Shown here: piece by piece, positions 1 to 12,200 of the stretch
How positions within the stretch are numbered: the stretch's first letter is position 1
Layout of the letters: each line of letters starts with the position of its first letter
Assembly: GCA_965243065.1 (NCBI GenBank)
Contig: CBDETO010000005.1
Location: 1,115,520 to 1,179,519, forward strand
DNA from: Bdellovibrionales bacterium
GTDB taxonomy: Bacteria; Bdellovibrionota; Bdellovibrionia; Bdellovibrionales; UBA1609
DNA length: 64,000 nt
Direction: 5' to 3'
Position numbers and translations under genes: made by a program
Notes under the pieces: model-generated
Seen by the model: the letters and a program-made list of their open reading frames with translations, nothing else
Told to the model about the DNA's origin: nothing
Databases searched by the model: none

Positions 1-1
1 A

Positions 2-3000
2 AAAACTCGCCTTTGGTTGGAAAAGGATAAGAAAAGTCATATTTTTCATTTAATCGTAGATGAATTGCATCTTTATAGAGGAACTGCTGGTGCTGAAGTA
101 GCTTATTTGCTTCGATTACTTCTTTACAGGTTGGGTCTCACTCCTGACAGTCCTCAATTAAGAATACTGGCTTCCAGTGCTTCTCTTGATCCTAATAAAG
201 CAGAAAGCTTGAAATTTTTAAAAGATTTTTTTGGAATTGAATGGCGACCAGAACAAATTATTCCTGGTGAAATTGAAAGTTTGAGAAATAAGAACAGCAT
301 TACAAATTTACCAAGTCAACCTTTCATAAACTACTTAAACGAAAAAAATCAAAATGCCTCAGAAAAAGTTGTTGATGCACTTTCAAGTTCATGGGATATA
401 GAGAGCCAAAAGGTATTTTCTAATATAAAAACTTGTGTAAGTAATGTTTTTTTAAAAAATACAAACACAAAACAATCTATCTCTTTAAATAATTTTTGTA
501 AAATTTTTAAAAAAAATGAACAAAAAGCAACAAAAGGGTTATTTCATTTTATCTACGACTGTAATGAAGAAAATAATACAAAGATAGATCTTTCTTTTCG
601 ATTCCATTGGTTTTTTAAAAATATAGAGGGTTTATGGGCTTGCGCTAGTCCAAGATGTTCTTCTGAATATAAGGAAGATGATAAAAGAACTATAGGTAAA
701 ATATATTTAGATAACCCACCTTTTCTTTGTGAGAAACAACACCGGGTATTTGAAACTCTCTACTGTGAACAATGTGGTACTCTTTTCTTAGGGGGGATTA
801 AATTAGAAGACAAAACCAAACCTAATGAATGGGAATTGTTACAAACCACTCCAAATATTGAAAAAATACCAGATGAACATATAACTCCTTTTGTTGAAAA
901 AAGGAGTTATAGAGACTATGCTCTTTTTTGGCCTTGTAATGGGGAGCAGGAGATTAATTCAGAAGTAAAAAGTCAGTGGAAACAGCCTTTAGTTACAGGA
1001 AAGAATACAGGTAAAAATCAAGCTCAATGGGAATTAGCTACCTTGAATATTTATACAGGGAAAGTGAAACTTGGAAATAACAGTGAGAAAAAAAATGTAA
1101 AAGGTTATATATTTTATATAAATAGCGATTCTAAAGAACTGTCCAATACAATGGCTTTGTCTTCTATTTGTCCAAGTTGTGCTACGGATTACAATTCTAA
1201 AAAATTAAAAACTCCAATTAGAGGTTTTAGGACAGGTTTTTCAAAAATGATACAAATTCTATCAAAAGAATTATTCTATCAATTAGATAAGGATAACAAA
1301 AAACTAATTGTTTTTTCTGATAGCAGGGAAGAAGCGGCCAGAGTATCTAATGGGATTGAAAGAAGCCACTATCGTGATTTGGTAAGAGAAACAATTTATA
1401 ATGAACTTCATTGGATTGTTAAAGGCGAGCCAGCTTTACTTTCAAATATAGAAGAGTATGGAGAACTTAGAAGTGATATAGCAAAAAAATATGAGAAAGA
1501 GCATAAGGGAAGTTTTAAACAATTAGAAGACCATATTAAATATATTAAAGGCTCTGAACAACTGTCAGATCCATCAGAGGAAATGAAACAAAAAGCAGAA
1601 AAATACAAACAGAAAATAGATAGAATTAAAAAAATAGGAGAAACAAAAGTTGTTCCTATTAAGATATTATTTGATGAAAATGCAACCTTGATATTTAGAC
1701 TAAAAGAAATGGGTGTTAATCCTGCTGGAAATAATATGGATAAAATAGGGGATTCAGAGGAAAAAAAAGAATATTCCTGGAGTAAACTATTTGATTTTTC
1801 ATCAAAAAATAAACTATGGAACGATAAGGTTTCTGAAACTCTTAAAGAAAAAAGGGGAGATTTCAGAAGAAATATCAAGCAAATTATTTTATCCACTTTA
1901 TTTCAAAGGCTTTATTTTGGTTTTGAATCTTCTGGATTAGGTTTTGTTTGTCTTAATATAGAAAACAATGAAATAGAAGGACAAATAAAAGAAGTTTTAG
2001 GAGATGGTTCAGATATATCTGTAGAATCTATTAAACAGATAAGTAACAGTTTTATCAGATTGCTTGGAGACACATGGAGATATGGAGATAATCAAAGCAG
2101 TCCTCAACCTGCCGACTCTATAGATAATCTACCAAGAAAGATAAAAGAATATATTAAAAAATGTGCTGAACTTCATGGGATTGAGAAAGACAAACTTGGT
2201 AATTTAGTTTGGAAACTAGTTTGTGAAATAGGAAGACATAGAAAAGGAATTTTAGAAATAGATAATCTTTTTGTCTGGATTGCTGATATATCAGATCCTG
2301 TTTGGATATGTACCAAATGCCAAAGGCCACATTTACATAAAAGTGGTGGGATATGTAGTGGCTGTCTTCAAGAGTTGAATAATAAGTCAGATAAAAATTG
2401 TAAGGACTTATATGACAGCAATTACTACTCAAAATTGGTGAAAGAGGAAAGAGAGCCTCTTCGCCTTCATTGTGAAGAGTTATCTGCTCAGACAGATAGA
2501 GATGAGCAACCTGAAAGGCAAAGATATTTTCGTGGATTGACTTTTCAAAATGAAATAAAAAAAGTTAAGGAAGTAGATATATTGAGTGTTACAACCACAA
2601 TGGAAGTGGGAGTAGATATTGGCCCTTTACAATCTGTATTTTTAGCTAATATGCCTCCTCAAAGATTCAATTATCAGCAAAGGGTAGGTAGAGCAGGGAG
2701 AAGAGGGCAAGCTTTTTCTTTTGCTAAAACATTATGCCGTGGGAACAGTTTTGATAATTTTTACTTTAAAGATCCAAGTCAAATACTTAACACCACCCCT
2801 TCTGTTCCTTTTTTGTCTGTTTCCAGGGTGGAAATTGCTAGACGGCTTATTATAAAAGAAATCTTAAGAAAGATTTTCAAAGAGACAAGCATTATTGATT
2901 TAAATAATCCCAATGATCCCGATACGCATGGAGAATTTGGAACTGTTGAGGACTGGAAGAATAATAAACACAACTTGCAAAATAATATAAAGGAACAATT

Positions 3001-4660
3001 AAAGGAATTTTCAGAGTTAGATATTATTATAGAACAGTTGACTTTTGGTATTGAGAGTGTAGATAAAGGTGAAATAAATAGTTTTATTAAAAATAAACTA
3101 TTTGATAAAATTAATAATAGTGCTGAAGGTCAAAGTGTTAACATAGGTTTGGCTGAAGCACTTGCTGAAAAAAATCTTTTACCCATGTTTGGGATGCCTT
3201 CTCGTGTTCGTTATTTATATCATGGTTTTCCAAAAAGGAAAAGAAATAATACAGAATTTCAAACGATTGATAGAGATTTAGAGTTGGCTATTTCTGATTT
3301 TGCTCCTGGATCTCAAAAAACAAAAGATAAAAAAATCCATACAGCTATAGGTTTTACATCCCCTTTATATTGTTCAGGGCCAGATATAAAAACAGAGTAC
3401 CCTTTATTAGAAGAGAAATGGCTGTTTCGCTGTGAAAATTGTAAGCTTATTCGTTCATCAGAGAATAAACCTAATTTTTTAAAATGTCCTGAATGTGATA
3501 AAAATATAGAAGAAAAAGAGAAGTTTAAATATATTATTCCTAAAGCTTTTCGGACTGATTTTTCATTAGGCAGAGATGCGGAAGAGATAGATCTTCCAGT
3601 TTTTCAAGGCACTGGAAGTTTTATTGAGACTACATTTAATCATAAAAAAATTATGAATTTTAATTGTGAAGTGGATACAAAAAACGAAGGAAATATATTT
3701 CGTATTAATGATAAAAACAGGAAATTTTTTTCATGCTTTATAGGAAAGGTGACAAGCAATAAGAAAACTTTAGACAATCAGTGGATTGATTTAGACTATA
3801 AACAATACACAGATAGATATTTTAAATTTGATTTTGATAAAGAGCAAAAAATAGAAAACTTTGCTTTAGCTTCTAAGAAACAAACAGAAGTCTTTAGTAT
3901 CAAGCATAATGATATTCCTAATGAGTTGGATTTGAATTTATTAAAAGTAGGCTCTGCTATGAAGGGGGCTTATTACTCCGCAGCTTTTATTTTAAGAACA
4001 TTAGTTGCAGAGCATTTGGATATTGATCCGGAAGAGTTGGATATAGGAAACATTGTAAGTACAGAAGTATCAGATAAAAAAGCAGGTGAAATTAGACTTA
4101 ATGACCATCTACCTAATGGTGCAGGGTTTTCTAGTGAAATAAAAAATAATATTTCGACTCTTTTAGAAAAAATAAAAGAACCGACGAAAAGTCTATTTAT
4201 AAAAAAATTATATTCTATAGAGCATATCGAAAACTGTAAATCCTCCTGTAATAACTGTTTAAAAGCCTACCGCAATATCAATTACCACGGTTTATTAGAT
4301 TGGCGTTTAGGAATATCCCTTTTACAAACTTTTATCAGTTCAAATTATAAGTGCGGTGTTGATGATAATTTCTCAAGTTTTGAATTAAAAAATTGGAAAG
4401 AGGGAGCAAAAAACCTTCGTGATAAGTTTTGTAGGGATTTTAATACTCAAACACAAGATTATGATTCTCTTCCTGGGCTGTCTATTGGTAATAAAAATGT
4501 TATTATTATTCATCCTTTTTGGAATGACAAATCTGAAAGAGGCTTAGTTGCTTCGGCTAGAGGAAAAGTCTCTGATGAAGAGGTGCTTTTTATAGATACA
4601 TTTAATTTGTTAAGAAGACCTAGTTCAGTTTATAAATATATTGGAACTAAAAAATATTGA
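2..4660 (+). CDS. Giant DExH-box helicase with C-terminal DUF1998/MZB-like Cys cluster (DruE-like, MrfA/Lhr clade). The 5' end lies left of the window.
   Basis: The frame is open to base 2. Motif II is VDELHLYRG, with SSAS at the motif III position. C-lobe motifs are [11 protein letters not shown] and [11 protein letters not shown]. The C-terminal [27 protein letters not shown] is typical of DUF1998. Several CxxC pairs are present (CEQCG, CPSC, CTKC..CSGC, CENC..CPEC). Confidence 0.75.
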   Translation, partial: KTRLWLEKDKKSHIFHLIVDELHLYRGTAGAEVAYLLRLLLYRLGLTPDSPQLRILASSASLDPNKAESLKFLKDFFGIEWRPEQIIPGEIESLRNKNSITNLPSQPFINYLNEKNQNASEKVVDALSSSWDIESQKVFSNIKTCVSNVFLKNTNTKQSISLNNFCKIFKKNEQKATKGLFHFIYDCNEENNTKIDLSFRFHWFFKNIEGLWACASPRCSSEYKEDDKRTIGKIYLDNPPFLCEKQHRVFETLYCEQCGTLFLGGIKLEDKTKPNEWELLQTTPNIEKIPDEHITPFVEKRSYRDYALFWPCNGEQEINSEVKSQWKQPLVTGKNTGKNQAQWELATLNIYTGKVKLGNNSEKKNVKGYIFYINSDSKELSNTMALSSICPSCATDYNSKKLKTPIRGFRTGFSKMIQILSKELFYQLDKDNKKLIVFSDSREEAARVSNGIERSHYRDLVRETIYNELHWIVKGEPALLSNIEEYGELRSDIAKKYEKEHKGSFKQLEDHIKYIKGSEQLSDPSEEMKQKAEKYKQKIDRIKKIGETKVVPIKILFDENATLIFRLKEMGVNPAGNNMDKIGDSEEKKEYSWSKLFDFSSKNKLWNDKVSETLKEKRGDFRRNIKQIILSTLFQRLYFGFESSGLGFVCLNIENNEIEGQIKEVLGDGSDISVESIKQISNSFIRLLGDTWRYGDNQSSPQPADSIDNLPRKIKEYIKKCAELHGIEKDKLGNLVWKLVCEIGRHRKGILEIDNLFVWIADISDPVWICTKCQRPHLHKSGGICSGCLQELNNKSDKNCKDLYDSNYYSKLVKEEREPLRLHCEELSAQTDRDEQPERQRYFRGLTFQNEIKKVKEVDILSVTTTMEVGVDIGPLQSVFLANMPPQRFNYQQRVGRAGRRGQAFSFAKTLCRGNSFDNFYFKDPSQILNTTPSVPFLSVSRVEIARRLIIKEILRKIFKETSIIDLNNPNDPDTHGEFGTVEDWKNNKHNLQNNIKEQLKEFSELDIIIEQLTFGIESVDKGEINSFIKNKLFDKINNSAEGQSVNIGLAEALAEKNLLPMFGMPSRVRYLYHGFPKRKRNNTEFQTIDRDLELAISDFAPGSQKTKDKKIHTAIGFTSPLYCSGPDIKTEYPLLEEKWLFRCENCKLIRSSENKPNFLKCPECDKNIEEKEKFKYIIPKAFRTDFSLGRDAEEIDLPVFQGTGSFIETTFNHKKIMNFNCEVDTKNEGNIFRINDKNRKFFSCFIGKVTSNKKTLDNQWIDLDYKQYTDRYFKFDFDKEQKIENFALASKKQTEVFSIKHNDIPNELDLNLLKVGSAMKGAYYSAAFILRTLVAEHLDIDPEELDIGNIVSTEVSDKKAGEIRLNDHLPNGAGFSSEIKNNISTLLEKIKEPTKSLFIKKLYSIEHIENCKSSCNNCLKAYRNINYHGLLDWRLGISLLQTFISSNYKCGVDDNFSSFELKNWKEGAKNLRDKFCRDFNTQTQDYDSLPGLSIGNKNVIIIHPFWNDKSERGLVASARGKVSDEEVLFIDTFNLLRRPSSVYKYIGTKKY

Positions 4661-5401
4661 AGCTAAAAAGCGACAGTTGGTAAGCATCACTTTTCATATC
4701 TGGCTTTTCTTAGCATAAAATAATAGCAATTAAATATTTTACAGTTAGAGTGCGAAGCTCCTTAGTAGATCTCTCAAAAGCTAGTCACCAAGAATATATA
4801 TCCTTGCTTCAAAAAACCGGAAAAAGCCTTTTAAAAAGTAATTTTTACTCTAATCTATTGAAATTTTTACATTTTTTAAGAAGTTAAAATAGCTAAAGAC
4901 TTGACAAAATAAACCTCTCTTTAGTTTTATAGCACTTTCATTTGTAAGAGAACTTTATAGGAATTTTGTGTATGAGTAGGTATTTTCCAAAGATTTTAAG
5001 AAACTATATCTCAAAACAAAAATGGGAAAGCCTGTTTCCTTCTCTTAACAAAAAACTATCAGTAAAAACAAATCCAACTATCTTTTTTAAATCTCCTATC
5101 AACCTCGAAACTTTTATCAGCCTCGAAAATATCGAAGGGATAAAAGTATATTTTACTAACCTTTTCATATTCACTATCGGCCTAGGAATTGGCAAAGGGG
5201 GAGTGCCTTTTTTCAATCATCCCTTATTTACTGTAGATGACCCTCATGGTGGGGGAGGGGGAGCTTATGATATGGTTATGGCTTTTAGCCCTCATAGTGG
5301 CCGTGGGGGAAGTGGGAGTGTTTTATACAACAGATTCATTCCTCATTTTAAAATGAGTATAAAAGTTAAAAGATAATATATAAACAAAAGGGGCTTTAAG
5401 G

Positions 5402-6148
5402 ATGGAAGGAAGAACTGAAAAATTCTCTGACATTCTTAAAGACTATGTCTTAGAGAGAAAGAAAGTAAATCCTAAAATCAGTGAAAGTCAAATAGCTAAA
5501 AACCTCGGAGTTTCTATTACCTCATTTCACCGGATATTAAATTATAACGCCTTTCCAAGTGTTCCCAATCTCCTTAAACTTTGTAAATCTGTTCCAAAAC
5601 TGAAATCCCTAGTTACAGAGGAAATGTTAGAAGTTACAAGAGAAAGCAAAACAGGGAAATATATGGGGAAGGAGTTGGAAAATCTACTTTCAGAAAAACA
5701 TCTCTTTATAGCTTATGCTTTAGCTCTTTCTTCTCATGGTGTAACAGAAGAGGAAATACTTTATTGTCTTGGCCATGAAGGAATTAAAGCTCTCTCTATT
5801 TTAATAGAGAAGGGCTTTGTAATAAAGAAAGATAATAGCAGATATAAAGCTATAGAAATGGATAAAGGAATTATTTTATCTTTTAAAGCTCTAAAAAAGC
5901 ATATTAAAATTTTAGCAGAAAAATATAAGCCCGACAATGTAGCAAATAATTACATTTATTATAAAATGGAAACTTTGAATAAAGAGGGTATGAGGGAATT
6001 ATATAGAATCCATAAAGAGACGCACAGGAAAGTTCAAAGGCTTATGGAAAAAGAGGAATATAAGGGAGATACTCCTGCATTTTCTGTTGGGTTTTTTGAT
6101 ATGCTTTTTTTAGAAGCCCCTAATAACAAAAGAAGGGGAGTAAGATGA
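5402..6148 (+). CDS. HTH-containing protein of unknown function (possibly TIGR02147/DUF4423-like)
   Basis: N-terminal segment SESQIAKNLGVSITSFHRILN looks like a helix-turn-helix. A GGAG-like RBS lies upstream. The stop overlaps the next start (ATGA at 6145-6148). Confidence 0.5.
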   Translation: MEGRTEKFSDILKDYVLERKKVNPKISESQIAKNLGVSITSFHRILNYNAFPSVPNLLKLCKSVPKLKSLVTEEMLEVTRESKTGKYMGKELENLLSEKHLFIAYALALSSHGVTEEEILYCLGHEGIKALSILIEKGFVIKKDNSRYKAIEMDKGIILSFKALKKHIKILAEKYKPDNVANNYIYYKMETLNKEGMRELYRIHKETHRKVQRLMEKEEYKGDTPAFSVGFFDMLFLEAPNNKRRGVR

Positions 6149-6600
6149 AGGTGTTTAAATTATTGTTTTTATATTTTTTATGTTTTACTGGACTTCTTTG
6201 TTATGGGAATTTTAATAGAGTGGCTCCCCAGTGGGAAGCAGTAAATACAAATCCTTATTTTAAAGGCCAATCTATGTATTATATTGTTCCTGCTGAGAAG
6301 TGGAATAAACTGCCAGATGAAATAAAAACAGATGTTTTTAAAATAGTTCCTGAACAGATGCGAGCTTTCTTTAATATTCAGGAATTAAATGAAATGATGA
6401 GGCATTACATAGGCTTTATGGGTTATGTTGAAGAGGAGGTCATGTTTGGAACAGTAAAAATGTTTAATGAAATCTATATAATTGGAGCTTTACCTTTTGG
6501 GCAAGATGTGATTGATAGTGTTGTAACTCAAGGTATGCGGAAAGCAGTCTATAAAGGAGCAAGTATAAATATGGGAAATGACTTAGAGTGGTGGAATTAA
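6145..6600 (+). CDS. Small secreted or membrane-anchored protein, unknown function
   Basis: N-terminal hydrophobic signal MKVFKLLFLYFLCFTGLLCYG. Translationally coupled to the upstream HTH gene. Confidence 0.5.
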   Translation: MKVFKLLFLYFLCFTGLLCYGNFNRVAPQWEAVNTNPYFKGQSMYYIVPAEKWNKLPDEIKTDVFKIVPEQMRAFFNIQELNEMMRHYIGFMGYVEEEVMFGTVKMFNEIYIIGALPFGQDVIDSVVTQGMRKAVYKGASINMGNDLEWWN

Positions 6601-6764
6601 ACTCCAGACGATAGACCTGTTGAGTGAGGCATTGCACCTTTCAATTAAACCGAAGAGTATATAATCTTGATAAGTTATTCACAAAAAAAGACATTAAAAA
6701 TATTGTTGATAACATTATCAATAAAAACTAAATTTAAAGTAATGTATAGGAAGAGTTTATAATA

Positions 6765-7652
6765 ATGCTTTTTTATAGAAAAAAATTTTTATTGGCTGTT
6801 ATTGAAGCTTTTGGTGGTTCTGTAGAAAAAATACAGTTTCAAAAGTATGTTTTTTTAATTTCAAACCATTTAAATAAAAAATATTACAGTTTTGTGCCTT
6901 ATCAATATGGTTGTTTTTCTTTTGAATCCTATAATGATATAAGAAGTTTAATAATCGCTGGTTATTTATTGGAAGATAAAAAAAAGTGGATATTGGGTAG
7001 GAATGGTAATTTTTTATCTGAAATGGACCTACAGGATAAAGAACACATTTTAGATATTAAAAAAGAATATGGAGCAATGTCCAAACAAGAATTGTTATAT
7101 AAAATATATTCTGATTATCCTTATTATGCTATCAACAGCAAGATAATTCAACAGGCTGGTTTAAATGCGAGGGAGCAAAAAAAGATTAGAAGTGAAAAAC
7201 CAAAGCAGATAGAGAAATGTCTTTTTACAATTGGGTATGAAGGTCGTAGTATAGATAAATACCTTAATATTCTTATAAAGAACAATATAAAAATTTTATG
7301 TGATGTAAGGAAAAACCCTCTTAGCCGAAAATATGGATTTTCTAAGCAATCCTTGAAGAAACGGATTACAGAACTAAATATGCAATATTTACATATTCCG
7401 AATTTGGGAATCAATTCACGATTAAGAAAGGATTTGAGAACTAAACAGGATTATAAGGATTTATTTTTTCTTTATGAAAAAGAGATACTTTCTTCGGAAG
7501 AAAGTGGATTGAGTGAAATTACTATGAATCTTAGAGAAAAAAGCAGGGTAGCTTTAACCTGTTTTGAAGCTGAACCTGAAATGTGTCACAGACATTGTAT
7601 TTCTTCCACTTTAAAAAAGAACAATCCTAATCTTAAGATAAAACATCTATGA
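6765..7652 (+). CDS. Two-domain protein: N-terminal wHTH-like domain plus C-terminal DUF488
   Basis: The C-terminal half (LFTIGYEGRSIDKYLNILIKNNIKILCDVRKNPLSRKYGFSK...LHIPNLG...ALTCFEAEPEMCHRHCI) matches my recollection of DUF488 (YeaO family). The N-terminal part (KIQFQKYVFLISN..YSFVPYQYGCFS) looks like a winged helix. Confidence 0.6.
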   Translation: MLFYRKKFLLAVIEAFGGSVEKIQFQKYVFLISNHLNKKYYSFVPYQYGCFSFESYNDIRSLIIAGYLLEDKKKWILGRNGNFLSEMDLQDKEHILDIKKEYGAMSKQELLYKIYSDYPYYAINSKIIQQAGLNAREQKKIRSEKPKQIEKCLFTIGYEGRSIDKYLNILIKNNIKILCDVRKNPLSRKYGFSKQSLKKRITELNMQYLHIPNLGINSRLRKDLRTKQDYKDLFFLYEKEILSSEESGLSEITMNLREKSRVALTCFEAEPEMCHRHCISSTLKKNNPNLKIKHL

Positions 7653-8485
7653 CATTTAAAAAAATGAGAGTGTTTATCACTGTAAAGACTTATCCTACTT
7701 TATCAGCAAAGTATGATGAGCTTGTTTGCACAGCAGGTATTACGGACAAAGGAAAGTGGGTTAGAATTTATCCTGTCCCTTTTAGGAAACTTCAGTGGGA
7801 ACAACAATATAAAAAATATCAATGGATAGAGCTTGAGGTGATTAAGAACAAAAGTGATTTTAGGATGGAAAGTTACAGGCCAACAAATCAAGGCAAAACT
7901 ATACAATCTAAAGAATTTATAAGGCATTGGGAAGACAGAAAAAAAATTATATCTAAAGCAAAAATTTATAAAGATTTAAATATTCTTATAAAAGAAGCGA
8001 AAGATAAAAATAAAAGGACTTCGCTTGCTATTTTTAAACCAAAACGGATTATAGATTTTAAATGTGAGCCTGTTAGAAATAGAAAATGGGATTTAGAAAA
8101 AATAAAGGTAATAAAAGAAAAAGAAAAACAATTGGAACTATTTAACTCGGATAAGTCTGATAAACCTCATGAAATATTTAAAATGGTAAAAAAACTACCT
8201 TATAAATTTTCTTATGTCTTTCAAGATAAGTTAGGTAAGGAATCGACACTTATGATTGAAGACTGGGAAATAGGGGCTTTATATTGGAATTGTTTAAGAA
8301 AGGAAAAGGATGAAGGAAGAGCTATTCAAAAAGTTCGAAATAAATACCTTGAGGAATTTAATAAGAAGAAAGACTTGTATTTATTTTTAGGAACTACAAA
8401 AAAGTTTCATAATGTTGCCCCTAATCCATTTGTCATAATAGGTATTTTTTATCCCCCTTTAAATAATCAAATGTCTCTACTGTAA
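7649..8485 (+). CDS. Hypothetical protein, translationally coupled to the DUF488 gene
   Basis: ATGA overlap at 7649-7652. 278-aa ORF with a conserved-looking N-terminus VKTYPTLSAKYDELVCTAGITDKGKWVRIYPVPFR. I cannot name a family. Confidence 0.55.
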   Translation: MTFKKMRVFITVKTYPTLSAKYDELVCTAGITDKGKWVRIYPVPFRKLQWEQQYKKYQWIELEVIKNKSDFRMESYRPTNQGKTIQSKEFIRHWEDRKKIISKAKIYKDLNILIKEAKDKNKRTSLAIFKPKRIIDFKCEPVRNRKWDLEKIKVIKEKEKQLELFNSDKSDKPHEIFKMVKKLPYKFSYVFQDKLGKESTLMIEDWEIGALYWNCLRKEKDEGRAIQKVRNKYLEEFNKKKDLYLFLGTTKKFHNVAPNPFVIIGIFYPPLNNQMSLL

Positions 8486-9264
8486 GTAGTTTTTAGGTCA
8501 AAATTACCTGTTTTTTAGTAATTTCTAAATATGAAAATAAGAAAGTTTTCCATAATCCAATTTAATTGATGATATTATCGGCCAATATTTAAAAGCTAAA
8601 AAATTTTGACCGATAGCCCTGCTGACGATAATTCTGTTGTATGGGATTATTGCTCCTCTACAGCAAAATCTTGATAATCTAGATTTTTACAAAGGATTTG
8701 AATAACTTTTTAGCTTATTGACCATTTTTTTGAGAATGACAGACAGATTTAATAGATTTATATGTGCGTACTAATTACAAGTTGAATCAAATACAAAATA
8801 TTCCCAAAATCTTGTTAAACTGGAAGTCTCCAAACTCTATATTACAAGCTTAAAAAGTTAAGTTTTCCAGCAAATAAACCGATAATCCCAGAATAAAGTA
8901 TGTGCATCTTATATTATTATAAACAGAGTTAAGAAGACATAAATAATAAAAAGAAATCATGAAAGGCTTTATGATGATCTTACCTTATCAAGAATTATTT
9001 CTCTCTCTCCTCTTTTTCTTCATCCAAAAATTAAAAAATAAATGTTTATATCGATTAGCTCAGGGATTTGCACTCTCTTCCCTCTATTCACCATTAGGAA
9101 AAAGCTTAAAGAAACCATACAATATGTCCTAACGAAAGAAGGGAGAAAGTAAAATTAGTATATCTTCCCTACTCTGCTTTGCCTTTTTCCTGTTTTACTC
9201 CCCTCTGCTTTTTTCTAATACGGATGAGCACTCAACTGGGAGTAGGGAAGGCTATACCTGCCAG

Positions 9265-12200
9265 GTGGATGACGGCTGCCTAAATTACTTAAATAACACT
9301 CTTTTAAGTAAAGACTCCAATAGAGGAGTGTATCAATACTGCCAGGGGGTGTTAGATAACACTAAACTTTGTTGTGTGGATCCCTCTCAGTGTTCAGAGC
9401 CTTGGGGACAAAGCCTAGCTCAAGATTTAAGGGAAAATAGCTTAGAAAAAGTACAAAAAAGCTCAAAACCAGGAACAGATGGAAGCAGTAAAGAAGCCGG
9501 TGAAGCAGAAGGTGGCAGAATATATGGAGGTGGAACAGAAGCTCTCCCCTCGTGTGAGTTAAATAAGCTCTCTCATCTGATAGACTCTCTTTCCGAGGTT
9601 CAAGAGGAAGTCTGTAATGTGGGGCTTAAGAACTGTAGGTTAAACTGTGAAAACAAACTAAGAGAGGTGACAAATACTTTTCGTCAGTGTTTTCTTATTC
9701 CTAACTCTTACTCTATTGAGAAGGTTTTAAAAAAAATAAAACACCACCATGTGACTAAACCAACTTGTTATCGAAAGATGTATGAAGTGGTGGAAAAATA
9801 TAAAGGTCAAAGTTTAGATAAAAAGTCTTTAATTAGAGAAAAGCTAGAGAGTAAAGACATTATATCTTGTTACAAAGAGCTTAAGAGTGTAAAGACGGAG
9901 TCCAGTCTTAATCACTTTGCTTTAAGTATGTGTCGTCAAGCACAGGTTAAAAAAGCAGAGGAAACAAGGGTCAAGAAAGCAGAAAAAAGAAAAACAAAAG
10001 AAGCCAAGGGAATGAGTGGGGCAGAAGGGGTAAAAGCTCATCAAACACCTTTAGCCACACAGGAGGAACAAAAATCTAGTTCTTCTTCTGCTTTAGGGGG
10101 AAATAATTTAAAGCCTAAAGCACAAAACTCTAAGCTTCATAAACTACTTTCTAAACCGAAAGCTTCATCATCAGTTTCATCAGGAAACAGACATGGAGGA
10201 GCTTCCCATAAACAAGCAAAACCCAGTTCCACTACAAGTCATATACCTTCAAGCTTAGATCAGAATCCAACAGGAACAGAAACCAGAAAAACAAAAACTC
10301 CTCCTCAAACTTTTTTTGGAAAAGTCTCTAATAAAGTAAAAACCTTTTTTGGAGGAATTACGGCCAGAATAAGAGGAGGTGTTCATACAGCTCAGAAAAA
10401 AGCCATAAAACAGGTTCACCAGAGGAAATACAGAAAAGAAGGCCATGTCCAAATCACACATCAACTAGTCTATCAATCCGTGGCCGCTCCCCAGGTAGAG
10501 CCTTTCCATATTCAAGAACCTCAAAATAATCCTGAAGCTCCTATCTTTAAAAGCTATGATCTCGTAAAAGGAAAACCAGCCGGAGTTTTGATTAAAATCC
10601 AATATCAGTTTCCAAGACATTGTTTTCAAAACACCAATCCGTACGCATGTATAAAACAAAGAGATTTTAGTTTAAAACTAGAAGTCAGAAACCAATTTGT
10701 GAGTATAAGATGTGTCCCCCTTAAAAAGATAGCCAAAAATGACTGGCAGTTTAATACATCCCTGAGATCCTCCAATAAAGCCTGTGCTTTTTCCACCAGG
10801 GACTTTCCCTTTGAAGAACCGGTGATTTACAAGTTTGTTGAGCTTGACACAAGTCAAATAGAGCCTGTGGAGTTGAAACAATATATCAAATTAGATGCAG
10901 CTACGAATATTGGAGAGCATTATGGAATAGAACAAAGCTCTTTTAGCCGTTTAGAAGATCAAACGATAATGCCAATAAACACAGAGAACTCTCATATTCC
11001 TGTTCGGGTGAGTATTGTGGAGCAGGGTAAAGTCATTCCAAATGAACTTTCTGTTAAACCCAATGCGGAAAGTAAATTAAGTCTTGGAAATTGTGGGAAC
11101 AATATCAACCTTAATGCCGCTAATGAGTTTTGCCTGAATGTTTTAGAGTTAGAGGGATTAAACTTGGGTTTTATAAGAATAACGGGAGATTATAATAGAG
11201 AAGATAAAGAAAATAAGAAGCACGATAACTGCTATTTTTCAAATTTAACATCTAAAGATTTAGGTGGTGTTCCAAATGGCTATCCGGCTGTATCTTCTGA
11301 GCAGGTTGAGAGGTTTATTGAATCCATTGAAGCGACAAGTTTTCTTCCCTCTCTTCTTCCTTTATCTAGGCTTCACAGTAGTATGTTAATAACCAAGATA
11401 GGGAACAATAATTTTATTTTAGGAAATTGTGACAATGGTGAGGTTTCAAAAGAGTTTCTTAATATAATGCCTAAGAGGAGTGGTTCTTCTTCTGGGAAGG
11501 GATATAAAGGAGGGGAGGGGGCTAGTCCCTTCTCTGGTAAGTATTTTACTTATGGACTTCTTAAAGACATTAGAAACTTAAGAATGGAGAGGGCGGAATG
11601 GAGAGGACAAGGTAAGTATGATAAACTCTTTGCTGTTGTTTCAAAAGAGTACTTTCTTTATCATAAGCTGCATAAGAGTTTGAACCTCCCAAGACATGAA
11701 GAAATTTACGGGGTTAGTCTTGTACCGGCCTTTCGTGAAACATTGAGGGATACTTTACTGATATTTAATCATGACGACCATCCTTGGAGTTTCCTTGGGG
11801 ATGTGGCTTTTATAAGAGAAGATCAATTCAATAAAGGAACTCTCTCTCACGAATTAGTTCATTTATTGGGCCAAAGAAAAGATTTTTATAATATCCTTGA
11901 TCCGGCTTGCAGATCATTTGGTGGACCTCTAAAAAACATCCCTTTAAAATTATGCGGAGGGTATAAGATTCCCAAAGCTTTACACGCAAGGATTGAAAAA
12001 GGGAGGCTTTCCTGGAATTTTGTAACAAATAGAAATAGCATCATGGATAATAAACAAGACATTAAAAAACTTTGGATAGATAGGGAAAGTCATCAGAGGG
12101 TCTTTTCCGTGATGGCTAAAGTAAGTCGTGTTATCCAGGAGAACAAATGGCAACCACACCCTCAGCGGGGCTATTTGACAAAAAACGCTATGTTCAAGAA

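Noticed and set aside
1408-2973. Minus-strand ORFs 1408-1896, 2154-2432 and 2779-2973
   Set aside because: They are antisense to the strongly supported helicase gene in AT-rich sequence and have no motifs.
4966-5376. 136-aa ORF downstream of the helicase gene
   Set aside because: TTG start, no convincing RBS, Gly-run low complexity, and an overlapping antisense ORF of similar quality. It is treated as probably non-coding, but this is not certain.
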